In this document: positions 53,814 through 64,000 of the stretch, piece after piece
Layout of the letters: every line of letters starts with the position of its first letter
Position numbering within the stretch: position 1 is the stretch's first letter
NCBI GenBank assembly: GCA_951406725.2
Contig: OX597821.1
Location: 66,712,001-66,776,000 of the forward strand
Reading direction: 5' to 3'
Length of the DNA stretch: 64,000 nt
Origin: Octopus vulgaris
Taxonomy: Eukaryota
The notes under the pieces: generated by a model
What the model was told of the DNA's origin: nothing
Databases searched by the model: none
What the model saw: the letters and a program-made list of their open reading frames with translations, nothing else
Made by a program: the position numbers and the translations under genes

Positions 53814-56338
53814 CTAAGCTTTGTAGTATTTGAAAGTATTAATAAGTTTGTGTATACAGGATGGTTTGAACTCTGACCTTTTGTTAATAAGATTGTGTTT
53901 GTCTTTGAATTTCAAGATGTTCAGGAGTTCTACACAACATAGTTGGCATCCTGCTCTATTATTTAAATAAGGTGCAGCTGATCCGATGATGGACCATCTG
54001 AGTTTGAAGCCTATGCATTTGTCTTTTAATTCCCAAATTCTTTTAGAGAGGGAGGTGCTGTTAGCCTTATGTCTGTGTCTCAGCGAGGACCGGTGGTTGT
54101 AGTATCTGGATTTCCAGGAGGTTGGGCAACCAATATAGGTGAGTGTGTTAAACTGAGTACTCACCTCACATGAATATATTACGTTTTTCGCCCTACATGC
54201 GCACTGCAGCGGGCACTCTGATGCACATCTGCAGTTGCATTGCATTGCATTATTCGGTCGTGTGCTGCTAATCACAGGCGGAGATGTTGCAATACGAGTG
54301 GGGGCGTTGGTATCCTCCTGGTTGTTGATGGGTGTAGTATTTCCTCTGTTGTGTTGGCGGGTGTTATTACTAACTGTTTGGGTAGTATGGCTACCATTCT
54401 GGTTATATTGTCTACTGTCTAGATGAGGGGAGTTCTGTTGGTCGCTATGGTTTGCTCTTGATCTAGCTGTTCTAATATTAATATAGTTATGTTTAGCTAT
54501 GAGGCAGCTCATGTTGGGCAGGGTAGAGTAGGAAATCCTAATAGTTTTGTTGGAGAAGATACTTCTATACTTGTGAGTGGGTGAGAAGTTGTTGGAAATT
54601 ATAGAGAATATTCTCTTACATAACTTACCCCTAACTGCTAAGTTGTAAGGTATGTTGAACCATATATATTTGCGTAATCTACTATTATCCCTTCTATTTC
54701 TCCTAATAGGATCTATATTGCTCTCGTCGGGAGGGTTACTATTGTGTGCTATTCTATTAGTTCGCCTATTTCCTATACGTTGTTTGGAGTTTAAATTAGA
54801 ATTATCGCTAGTGTGAGTTGAGTGCTGAGTTCGATTATAATTGGGAGTTTTATGGCCGACGGACGCTCCCGGGTGGTCTACATATGATATTCTCTGGTTA
54901 TACCCGGCACTATAGAGAGCCTGGTTGTAGTGTTGTGCATGATTATTGAAAATTTCTCTATTAGAGGATAGTTTTGTCAGTCTGTCTGAGATGGCTTGGA
55001 CCGTGGTGCTAATTATACAGGGTGGATGGTTGGAAGAGGTATGGATGTATTTGGTAGTTTCTTCGGGTTTCCTATACGGGTGGTGAAGGTGCTTATTCAA
55101 ATCTAACGTAACATCTAAGAAGTTTACTATTTTAGTATTGGTCATAAATTCTAGTTTAAGATTGAAGGATTTGAAAAAAAGCCTGATCTTTTTCCTAATT
55201 CTTTCTAGTTTACTCCTATTGTTGGTGGGGTATATGAAGAGAGCGTCGTCTCTGTATAGACCCCCCTGAAGATCCGGTACCTCGGAGAAAAGCTTCTTGA
55301 GCAGGTAGGCCCCACCAAGTCAGTCACCTGAGCTGAATCGCTCGAGCCCATAGCCACATCGAAATTGTCGGGGGTATCGGATCTGGTCCAGAGTCTACCG
55401 TCGAATTCTATTATGGTTTTTCTAGCTAATAGTATTATGTCAATTTTTTCTCTGTCTATGAGTGAAAGGTTGCGGGCAAAAATAAGGGATTTGTTAAGTA
55501 AGATGGGGTATATACTGGCGTAGTAGCTAGCTATGTCGAATTGGATGAATGAGTAGTCGGGCCTATTGGTGATAGTGTTAAACAATTCCAGCACATCGTC
55601 GGTGTTAATCCCTAGTTGGAGTGGGATGTGGGGTTTGATGTGTGGGATCACCTTGTCCAGGATAGTCTTGCTAAGTCTGCCGATATCCGATTTAGTCGGA
55701 CAGATTAATCGTACTCCTACATTATCTGGGAAGTCTTTCTTATGGTCTTTAATAGTAATTTTGGGTACTTGTGGTTTAATAGGTTCTGTTCTGTCCAGGA
55801 GGTCTAATTTGCTCATAACTTCCTTGATTTTGTAGTTAATTTCCTTAAGGTTATCCGTAGAAGTAGTTTTATACTTTTTGCTAAGTTCCCTCATGATGAG
55901 CAATTTGTAGGTTTGGTAGTCTAGCCTATACCAGTTCCCAGTCTTGTCGGCGGGTATGATAAGACTATCATCGTTCCTAAGTGAATGCAGGAAATCTTTA
56001 AGGCTCCTTAAGTGGGTGTTGGAAATGGTCTTATGTTTACTAATGTTGATGTTGGTAATGAGGTCGATTAAGTCTTTTTCAAAATTTTCCAGTGCGTAGT
56101 TAGAGGGTGGGTTTCTTCTGCTTTTAAATATCTTCCTGTGTGCTATTTCTTCTTGGTTAGAGTTGGGGTTGCTTTTCTCCGGGATATCGAAATGGTAGGC
56201 CGCCCACCTGATTCTTCTAATAAAGCCTGTGGTCCGGTGGATGAGAGTCGTCGTGTAAGTTTTGTCGGAGTGGAGAGGTATGTCCTTGGGGGAGAAGTTT
56301 GTGTGAATCCTTTGAATCTTCATGCTTGGGTTCGTCAA
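53814..56338 (-). CDS. PLE reverse transcriptase/GIY-YIG endonuclease polyprotein, one 1-bp frameshift near 55310
   Basis: N-terminal FSPKDIP..Y...LI.R...FIRRIRWAAYHF, IPADKT, FDIASYYASI, FDVAMGSSDSAQVTDLVG. After the shift YRDD (55256-55245) is in frame with 55145 (VNFLDVTL..PYRKP..YIH..SNHPP). Then CNCR..CPL..C, VIY..YIG..WKSRYYNH, CQLC..E, LINKRSE..CIH. Confidence 0.92.
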
Positions 56339-56474
56339 GTACTAAAGGTTGTCGCGGTTACGTGGGATCAGATCCTAGTGACAACGTAGGTGAGTTGAGT
56401 ATAGAAATTCGGGGTGAGTACTTGATAATTATAAGCACCTGTGTATACCGTTTGGTGGTGTAGGTGGTGGAGTA

Positions 56475-56914
56475 AATTGATCAAAATAAAATAAAAACAT
56501 GATGCGAAGGATTCAGCGGTACATATGTTTCGGGCCTTTATTAGACAGATTTATAACAATGCATAATGTATGTCTGTGGCCTTCTTCAGCCGCGCACAAC
56601 AGCTTCCACAAGGACATGTGTTACATCAAAAATTCTTGGTTGGGGATGCAAATCCTCTCATTCGCGTACGACATAATGCGGCAGCAGCATAGAATTGAAG
56701 CGTCCATCTCTTTCTTCTCTCAATGTAGAATGAGGAAAATTGGATGTTGAGGTAATGTAAATAAATAAATACATATATAGACGTGAAGATGGAGGGGCGA
56801 GAATTCGGGACCAGGGATAAAAAATGTATAAAAGGTGTAAGTATAGAAAAATATAAAAATGTAGAGCATAAAGATATAAAGAGTTATAAGGAGATGTAAA
56901 GGGGGTGTAAAGAA
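56475..56914 (-). repeat. 5' pseudo-LTR of the PLE
   Basis: Direct repeat of 51800-52234. Confidence 0.95.
56516..56593 (-). ncRNA. Type I hammerhead ribozyme motif in the 5' pLTR
   Basis: Identical to 51841-51918. Confidence 0.82.
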
Positions 56915-57575
<661 letters not shown>

Positions 57576-58127
57576 GTATATATCAAGATAGCGCTGAACT
57601 AACAACAAGTATGTTAACGTGTCTCTCCTAAATATTAAAGAAGTCCTTCCAGAGATCGATGTTATCAGAAGCGAAATTGTCTGCAAAGCGAATATAAGTG
57701 AGAGTACAACAAGTCACTGTATTTGAGAAGAATATTTTCGCTTTTGATATAGTATTTGCAACTAGAACATACTCGCGAATACACGTGTTAAAACGCACGT
57801 GTGTTACTTCCCGAAATCGAAGTGAATTTTATTCTTCGTCTGTGAATCAACAAGACACAGTATTTTTGAGAAGGATATTTTCGTTTTTGATGTATATCTG
57901 CGTGTTCTGAAAAAAGCCTCTGAAAAATTTGCTGCTTAATACCAAATCGCTTAGGAAAATACAGAAAGTATCGTCAAACTGTTGCATGTGCGAAATCGAA
58001 ACTCAAATCCCTTTTGTTTACAAAATACGATTAAGGAATATAAAAGGTCTGTCTTGTCTATCTATCTTCCTTTCTTATAAAAAGGAATCACGTAAGTACT
58101 CTCTCAGCCAGTAAGGTAAGGAAGATA

Positions 58128-58442
58128 TTATTTATTTTGTTATCATTAGTGTTCTTTCAAACAGAAAATAATAATTAAAAAAAAAAGATATAAAAATATA
58201 AAAATATGCGCTATTCTATTTTTATAATCTTTATAATTTCGTCCTCCGTGCCTGCCACGCACTTTCTCTTTCTCTTTCTTACATTTCTATTTCTATCTCT
58301 CTCATACATTTTTATTATTTGTTATCATTAGTGTTCTTTCAAACAGAAAATAATAATTAAAAAGATATAAAAATACGCGCTATTCTATATTTATAATCTC
58401 TCCTTCTCTTTCTTACATTTCTATTTCTATCTCTCTCATACA
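58128..58442. repeat. Direct duplication (~130-180 bp units) in the putative LINE 5' UTR
   Basis: TTTGTTATCATTAGTGTTCTTTCAAACAGAAAATAATAATTAAAA..GCGCTATTCTAT..TTCTTACATTTCTATTTCTATCTCTCTCATACA occurs at ~58136 and ~58318. Confidence 0.88.
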
Positions 58443-58444
58443 GT

Positions 58445-59270
58445 TTATACCTTATCTGTCTCCCCATCCAACAGACCCTCTATTTCCGCTCTCACTCTCT
58501 CCTCCTCCCTCTCTCTCCCTCTGCCATCGTTTCTCTTTGTGCATCTCTCTCAGATCAACTTTCTCTCACCTCACCCCCTCTCTCAGTTCCTCAACTTCAC
58601 TCATTCTCTCTTGTATTTATATACCGCCCTCTTTCTCTCTCTCTCTGTTACTCCCCCTCCCTCTCTCTGCCTCTTTCCTCTCCGCTCCTTCACAGGTCAA
58701 ACCCCTTTTCCTCTTCCCCTTCTGTCCCCTTATTTCTTTCTCTACACCACCCTCCCTGTACCTTTACTACACTCTGTTGCGCCCCCTCTCTCCCTCTTCC
58801 CCTTTTTTCTTCTTACCTTTCCTCTCCCTGTTCCCTCTAAGGCTCACCACCCCCTGTCTCTTTTTTCCTCTCTCTGTCTCCTTCCTCCACACCACCCTCT
58901 CTGTCCCTTTACTTCACTCCCTGGTACCTCTATCCTGCCCTCTCTCTCTCTCCCTCTCCATTTCATCTCTCTCTCTCTCTTCCTCTCCATTTTATCTCTC
59001 CGCCTCTCTTCTCCCTGCTCCCCCTAGGGTCCACCCTCTTGTCTCACTTTTCCACCCTGTCCCTTTCTACTACACCTCTATCCCGCTCACTCTCCCCCTG
59101 CTGACCTGCCATTCTTTCTCCTTTCTCTTTTTTCCCTCTTATTTTCTCTCTTTCTCTCTTCTCTCAGGACAATCCCCTCGTCTCTCTCTATCCCCCCTGG
59201 CTTTTCTCCTTTCTCTTATCCCTCTCCATCTTATCTCTGCTTCTCTATCTCTCTCTCTGTTCCTATATTT
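58445..59270 (+). repeat. ~820-bp polypyrimidine (C/T) tract upstream of LINE ORF1
   Basis: Very few G residues on the plus strand. Confidence 0.9.
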
Positions 59271-59282
59271 CACTAGAAGAAA

Positions 59283-60074
59283 ATGGCAAGAAACTGGTCT
59301 GCGAGAGAGGTGCAATTGTTCGTCCGCGCTTGGAGGATCGCTGAGGACGACTCGCCGAACGACATTATTGCTGCGGCGCTGAAAAGCAACAATTTTTCGA
59401 GAACCACCGCCCAGATAGAGCGAAAGAAGAGAGAAGTTATCCGTTTGTACGCTCTAATCAGGCAACATGTGGACACCCTGGACATCATCCTGGGAGGTGA
59501 CGGCAGCAGGGAGGGCCAAAAGGATGAGGAAAGCATCCAGAGCCAAATGGAGAAGCCTGGAACACAGGGAAACGATGACACATGTCCAGCTTCCAACACC
59601 ACAACTGAAGACCAAAGAGGTGCGATGGCCGCAAGAAAGGAAAGGCACCCTGGAATTGATGGGAAGCAGGAGGTAAAGGGTGACAGAATCAAGGCTAAAG
59701 GAAGCCCTGTCCAGAGAAAGCAGAGGGACCCCAGCAAAAACTGTAAGGGCAGGGAAAGAAACACCTGCAAATTCTACCTGAGGGGGGACTGCTGGTACGG
59801 CGTTGAAGGTGCAAACTGTCGCTTTGCACATCGGAGGCCCTACCAAAACCGCACGGACGCGAGACAGAGGTCCCTCCCTCAGGGAGAACAAAAACAAAAA
59901 CAAAAAGAAAAAGTTAAAAGAAGGGAAAAAAGCGCACTGACCACTACTGAAAGACGGTATGTAGATGTGGTGCGCGGAAACCCAACAGGTGGCCAGCTTC
60001 ACCCAGATGTGAGAAGGGCGGCAGCTGAACAGCAGTCTTTTTGTGCATGGCACAAAAAATTGTTCAGCAGCTGA
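59283..60074 (+). CDS. LINE ORF1 protein with Myb/SANT-like N-terminus and CCCH zinc finger
   Basis: RNWSAREVQLFVRAW resembles the W...E...L...W Myb-like pattern. CKFYLRGDCWYGVEGANCRFAH is C-x7-C-x8-C-x3-H. It sits directly upstream of ORF2. Confidence 0.8.
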   Translation: MARNWSAREVQLFVRAWRIAEDDSPNDIIAAALKSNNFSRTTAQIERKKREVIRLYALIRQHVDTLDIILGGDGSREGQKDEESIQSQMEKPGTQGNDDTCPASNTTTEDQRGAMAARKERHPGIDGKQEVKGDRIKAKGSPVQRKQRDPSKNCKGRERNTCKFYLRGDCWYGVEGANCRFAHRRPYQNRTDARQRSLPQGEQKQKQKEKVKRREKSALTTTERRYVDVVRGNPTGGQLHPDVRRAAAEQQSFCAWHKKLFSS

Positions 60075-60135
60075 CCTGGCTACAAGCACAAAGCTGGAAC
60101 TACCACCACATAAGGCCACCTCCAACAGATGCAGG

Positions 60136-63100
60136 ATGGCCACTACAGACACCAACACCAACACACACACCACAAAAATATTTCTACTGAATGTAGGAGG
60201 GCTGCTGCGCGGAAACTGTAAAAGAAAATTTCATTCCTGAGAGACCTTGTGACATGCAATCAAGCTATATGCATGGCACTCACAGAAACGCATCTTGAAC
60301 CCGATATAGGTGATGCAGAAATACACATGCCGCATAATGCAGTCATACGCACAGATAGAAAAGGGAGGAGCCATGGTGGAGTTGCAATGTACATCCGAGA
60401 TGACCTCACGCCCCAGGTCCTGCTGTCATATTCAAACTCAGTATGTGAAACTCAACTTGTACACATAAGACAACTGAATATCGTCATATGCACTACATAT
60501 CGCCCACCAGATGCCCCAAAACACTCAGGCATGTTTGAAGACTGCCTAACAAAAATAGGAGAAGTCCTCACCAACCTTGAACAGCACAACAGTGTATTCT
60601 TCATGGGTGACTTTAACCTCCCTAATGTGGAATGGCCTGGGGGGCAGATGCTCCCAGGGATGACACACCATCATCAGGCACAGGTGGAGTCCCTGCTCCA
60701 TCTCACAAATGCCTCTTTCATGGAGCAAATAGTTCTGCAACCAACAAGGGCAGATAATATACTGGATCTCTGTTTCACAAACAATATGGATATTATCCAT
60801 AATGTTAATGTGATGCCGACAATGATCTCGGATCACAACATAATAGAGCTGTCTATGTATGGAACAAAAGCCCCCGCAGACACACAGCCTATACGAAGCA
60901 CCCACCATCTCTCCAACTTAAACTTTCATAAAGCCAACTGGAAGTCGATTGAGAAAGAGATCCTCAAACAGGATTGGCCTGAATGTCTCTCCACACCGGA
61001 CATAAACATGAAACACAAACACTTCATGTCCATAATACAAGCCATATGTGACAAATATGTCCCAATGTGCAGGGCCAGCACACACAAGAACAAAAACAGG
61101 ATCCCTAGAGAAAGGAGGATTCTTATGAGACGACGGACAAGGATTGCAAACCGCCTGAGCAAGCACACCAAAAGTGGTGAGAAGTCTCGGCTCGAAAGAA
61201 TGCTAATGGAAACTGAGAAAAGTCTACATCAGTCCCATGAAAAGGAGAGAGCAGATAAAGAAGTTTGGGTAATAGAAAATATAAAATCAAACCCTAAAGC
61301 TTTCTTTAAGTTTGCCAAAGAGACAGCCACAGTGCACCAGAGAATAGGACCTCTCTTCCAAAAAGATGGCTCTCTCACAGGAAATCCCACGAGGATAATT
61401 GAAATACTGAACGAACAGTTCCAAAGTGTGTTCACTACACCTCTAGGACACAGGCAAGTAAACAACCCAGAAGAATTCTTTGCCACTTTACCAGCGGCCA
61501 AAGAGGCAAAAATTGAGTACATCAACATCGAAGATGATATCACACTAGCCATTGATGAGATTGACACAAACTCAGCTGCTGGACCTGATGGATTCCCAGC
61601 GATCCTTCTCAAATCGTGCAAATGAGCCCTTGCAAAACCGCTACAGCTTCTTTTTCAGAGCTTTCTTGCAAGTGGTAAGCTCCCAGTCAAACTGAAAGAG
61701 GGGGTAATATGCCCTATCCATAAGGGAGGTAGCAGAGCAGATGCTAAAAATTATAGGCCTATCTCTCTGACCTCACACATCAGCAAAGTCATGGAACGAA
61801 TAGTCCGTAAGAAACTAATCATGTTCCTTGAAGAAAATGACTTACTGTCTGACACCCAGCATGGATTTCGACCAGGTAGAGGCTGCCTAACACAGCTCCT
61901 GCAACACTATGACTGGGTGTTGAAACAGCTACTAAATGGCTCAAATGTGGATGTAATATATCTTGACTTTGCAAAAGCCTTTGATAAAGTCGACCATGGT
62001 ATGATCTGTCACAAACTGCGTGGTCTCGGCATAGGCGGGAAACTTGGAGAGTGGCTGCACAACTTCCTAAAAGACAGAAAACAGGCAGTTGTGAGCAATG
62101 GAGCCACCTCCAAGGAAACGCAAATAACAAGCGGTGTCCCACAGGGCACTGTCTTGGGGCCACTGATGTTCATAGTGGCCCTTTCAGACATGCCTTCAGT
62201 TGCTACGATGACCACCCTTGCTAGCTATGCAGATGACACAAAAGTCTCCCACGCAATACAAAACCCTGAAAATATTGCGCATCTGCAACATGAGCTGGAC
62301 ACAATATACAGGTGGGCTGAGGACAACAACATGCAGTTTAATGCAGGTAAGTTCCAGGCCCTGCGCTACTGGCACACAAAGGTAAATGACGTGAAGACTG
62401 GATACACTGGCCCAGGAAGAATTGCAATCCCTGAGTCAAAATCAGTGCGTGACCTGGGCATTGACATGAGCAATGATGCATCTTTCCAAATGCATATTGC
62501 TAATCTGGTGATAAAATGCAGACTGCTAGCTGGATGGATTCTCCGAACTTTCAGAACAAGAGAGAAGGAGACACTGATGGTCCTATGGAAAACATTCGTC
62601 CTCAGCCGCTTGGACTACTGCTCCCAAATTTGGTCACCACACAATATAAAACAAACAGCAGAACTCGAAGCAACTCAGAGAAGCTACACAAAGAAAATCG
62701 TCTCAATGCAAAATGTGAGCTACAGGGAAAGACTGAAGGTATTAAACCTTTTCTCCCTGGAGCGGATGCGGGAGAGATATGCAGTGATATACATCTGGAA
62801 AATCCTGGAGGGTCTTGTCCCAAACTTTGGCATTCAAAGTTACTCCAATCGCAGAACGGGGCGCCGCTGCGTGGTGCCAAGGATTCCAACATCACCATCA
62901 AAATACAGGTCCAGATACTGCAACAGCTTGGGTTTCAGAGGACCACAGCTCTTTAACATCCTCCCTAAATGCCTGAGAGACTTACATGGTGTGGATGTGG
63001 GTTTCTTTAAAACTAAACTGGATCTCTTCTTGTTGGGAGTCCCAGATGAACCTACCTCACGACAGGAGACACAGATGCGGGTAGCAGCATCGAACTCCCT

Positions 63101-63143
63101 TGTTGATCAAGTGCCACGTATCAGAGGTGGATTCACAAACTAG
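60136..63143 (+). CDS. LINE ORF2 (AP endonuclease + reverse transcriptase), with a frameshift near 60225 and an in-frame TGA at 61623-61625
   Basis: LLNVGGL / ALTETHL, RTDR..GGVAMY, YRPP, MGDFNLP, PTR..NILDL, SDH, AAGPDG. After the stop the frame continues PIHKGG..NYRPISLTS..KVMERIV, QHGFR, YLDFAKAFDKVDH, SGVPQGTVLGP, YADD, VRDLG, SRLDYCS. Confidence 0.93.
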
Positions 63144-63257
63144 TGTAGCTCATTCAGCGGTGGTGCCCCAGCATGGCCGCGGCCTTCGGGCTAAAACATT
63201 TTTAAGGATTTAAGGATATATATATATATATATATATTATATTTATATATATATTTG

Positions 63258-63290
<33 letters not shown>

Positions 63291-63537
63291 TATACATATG
63301 TATATGTATATATATATATATATGTATGTATATATATATGACATTTCCAGGATTCAAGAGAATCAGGTACTTAAATAGTGAAAGCACCAAGGTCAGGTCG
63401 GGGTAGCGCTATCGTGTACAAACAATATATAAGGACAAATACATCCTCATTAAAGTAAACACGGATTTGTTGGGTCGATAAGGCCATTCAGCACTGTATA
63501 CCTGTTCTTGAGAATTTCCAATGAATTCTTACCCGTT

Positions 63538-63621
63538 TTCACCTGATGGAAACGGTATTTTTCATGATGTAACACTCCTGTTCCGCCATAAAGAAAACAT
63601 GTCTGAAACAAGTGTAGTGAA
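63538..63621 (+). ncRNA. Diverged hammerhead-like motif with long stem II in a pLTR-like segment after (TA)n
   Basis: TTCAC-CTGATGG-(55 nt)-GAAA-C-AAGT-GTA-GTGAA. Stem I TTCAC/GTGAA and a GUA site are present; core position A9 is G. Confidence 0.55.
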
Positions 63622-63962
63622 CCACAATCCATCTGTTGTTATTGATTATGGAAATATTTCATTTAATTTTTTCTTCAGTTGTTTTTCTTCTTAATTAATA
63701 TCCACATTAATTTTACTCTTAATTAGAAAAGTCGAAAATACATTTTGTGATGGTACTAACCATCACAAAATGTATTTCATGATAAAATTATTCTATGATT
63801 TTTCTACCTCATTTTATTTTCCTGAGCAGTTTCTGATTATGCAGCAAAATGTTGTTTCCTATAGTTTATTATTAATTCTTGCAGTTAAATGTATACACCT
63901 ACACAGACACAATATATTATATACCTACAGAGATTTACATAATAGTTAAACACATAAGCGCG

Positions 63963-63981
63963 TTCTTCCTCTGCTTTGCAG
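63963..63981 (+). other. Candidate splice acceptor at the window end
   Basis: TTCTTCCTCTGCTTTGCAG|GTGCATGAAAAAAGAACGA is a good polypyrimidine tract plus CAG|G. The exon cannot be evaluated within the window. Confidence 0.3.
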
Positions 63982-64000
63982 GTGCATGAAAAAAGAACGA

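Larger units (their letters stand above)
51800..56914 (-). mobile_element. Near-intact Penelope-like retroelement, Naiad-type, inserted in (TA)n
   Basis: RT plus C-terminal GIY-YIG ORF between two direct pseudo-LTRs (51800-52234, 56475-56914), with (TA)n on both outer flanks. Confidence 0.93.
57698..63217 (+). mobile_element. Near full-length CR1/L2-group non-LTR retrotransposon (5' boundary uncertain)
   Basis: ORF1 plus APE-RT ORF2, a short structured 3' UTR, and a (TTTAAGGA)2 tail running into (TA)n. Confidence 0.85.

Noticed and set aside
58537-59382. 281-aa Leu/Ser/Pro/Phe ORF upstream of LINE ORF1
   Set aside because: Open only because the polypyrimidine tract lacks stop codons.
61623-61625. 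In-frame TGA in LINE ORF2 as programmed readthrough or selenocysteine
   Set aside because: Not at a recognisable conserved Cys position and no SECIS in the short 3' UTR. A CGA-to-TGA mutation is simpler.
59273-62901. Antisense and alternate-frame ORFs overlapping the LINE
   Set aside because: Shadow ORFs of a GC-richer coding region, with no independent motifs.

Overview
AT-rich, microsatellite-laden eukaryotic non-coding DNA (intronic or intergenic). The SINE families look octopod-like, which is an inference from family resemblance and was not verified. No host protein-coding exon is securely identifiable, and most ORF-track entries are translated (TA)n/(CA)n/(AAT)n repeats. The real coding content is transposon-derived. 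It comprises a young, near-intact Naiad-type Penelope-like element (PLE; 51800-56914, minus) with two ~99% identical pseudo-LTRs each carrying a hammerhead ribozyme motif, a near-intact CR1/L2-group LINE (ORF1 with CCCH finger, APE-RT ORF2, ending ~63217), a deleted DD34D mariner, and decayed Tc1-like, GIY-YIG, RTE and LINE fragments. At least four tRNA-derived SINE families, Helentron-type HINEs and fold-back elements are also present. The most notable signals are (i) about a dozen minimal hammerhead-like motifs, several at the centre of fold-back (inverted pLTR) elements in (TA)n tracts, (ii) a covarying 3' stem-loop shared by the LINE, a SINE family and tail-only insertions, and (iii) a tRNA-like Pol III promoter immediately after a PLE endonuclease remnant. 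All alignments and folds were done by eye.
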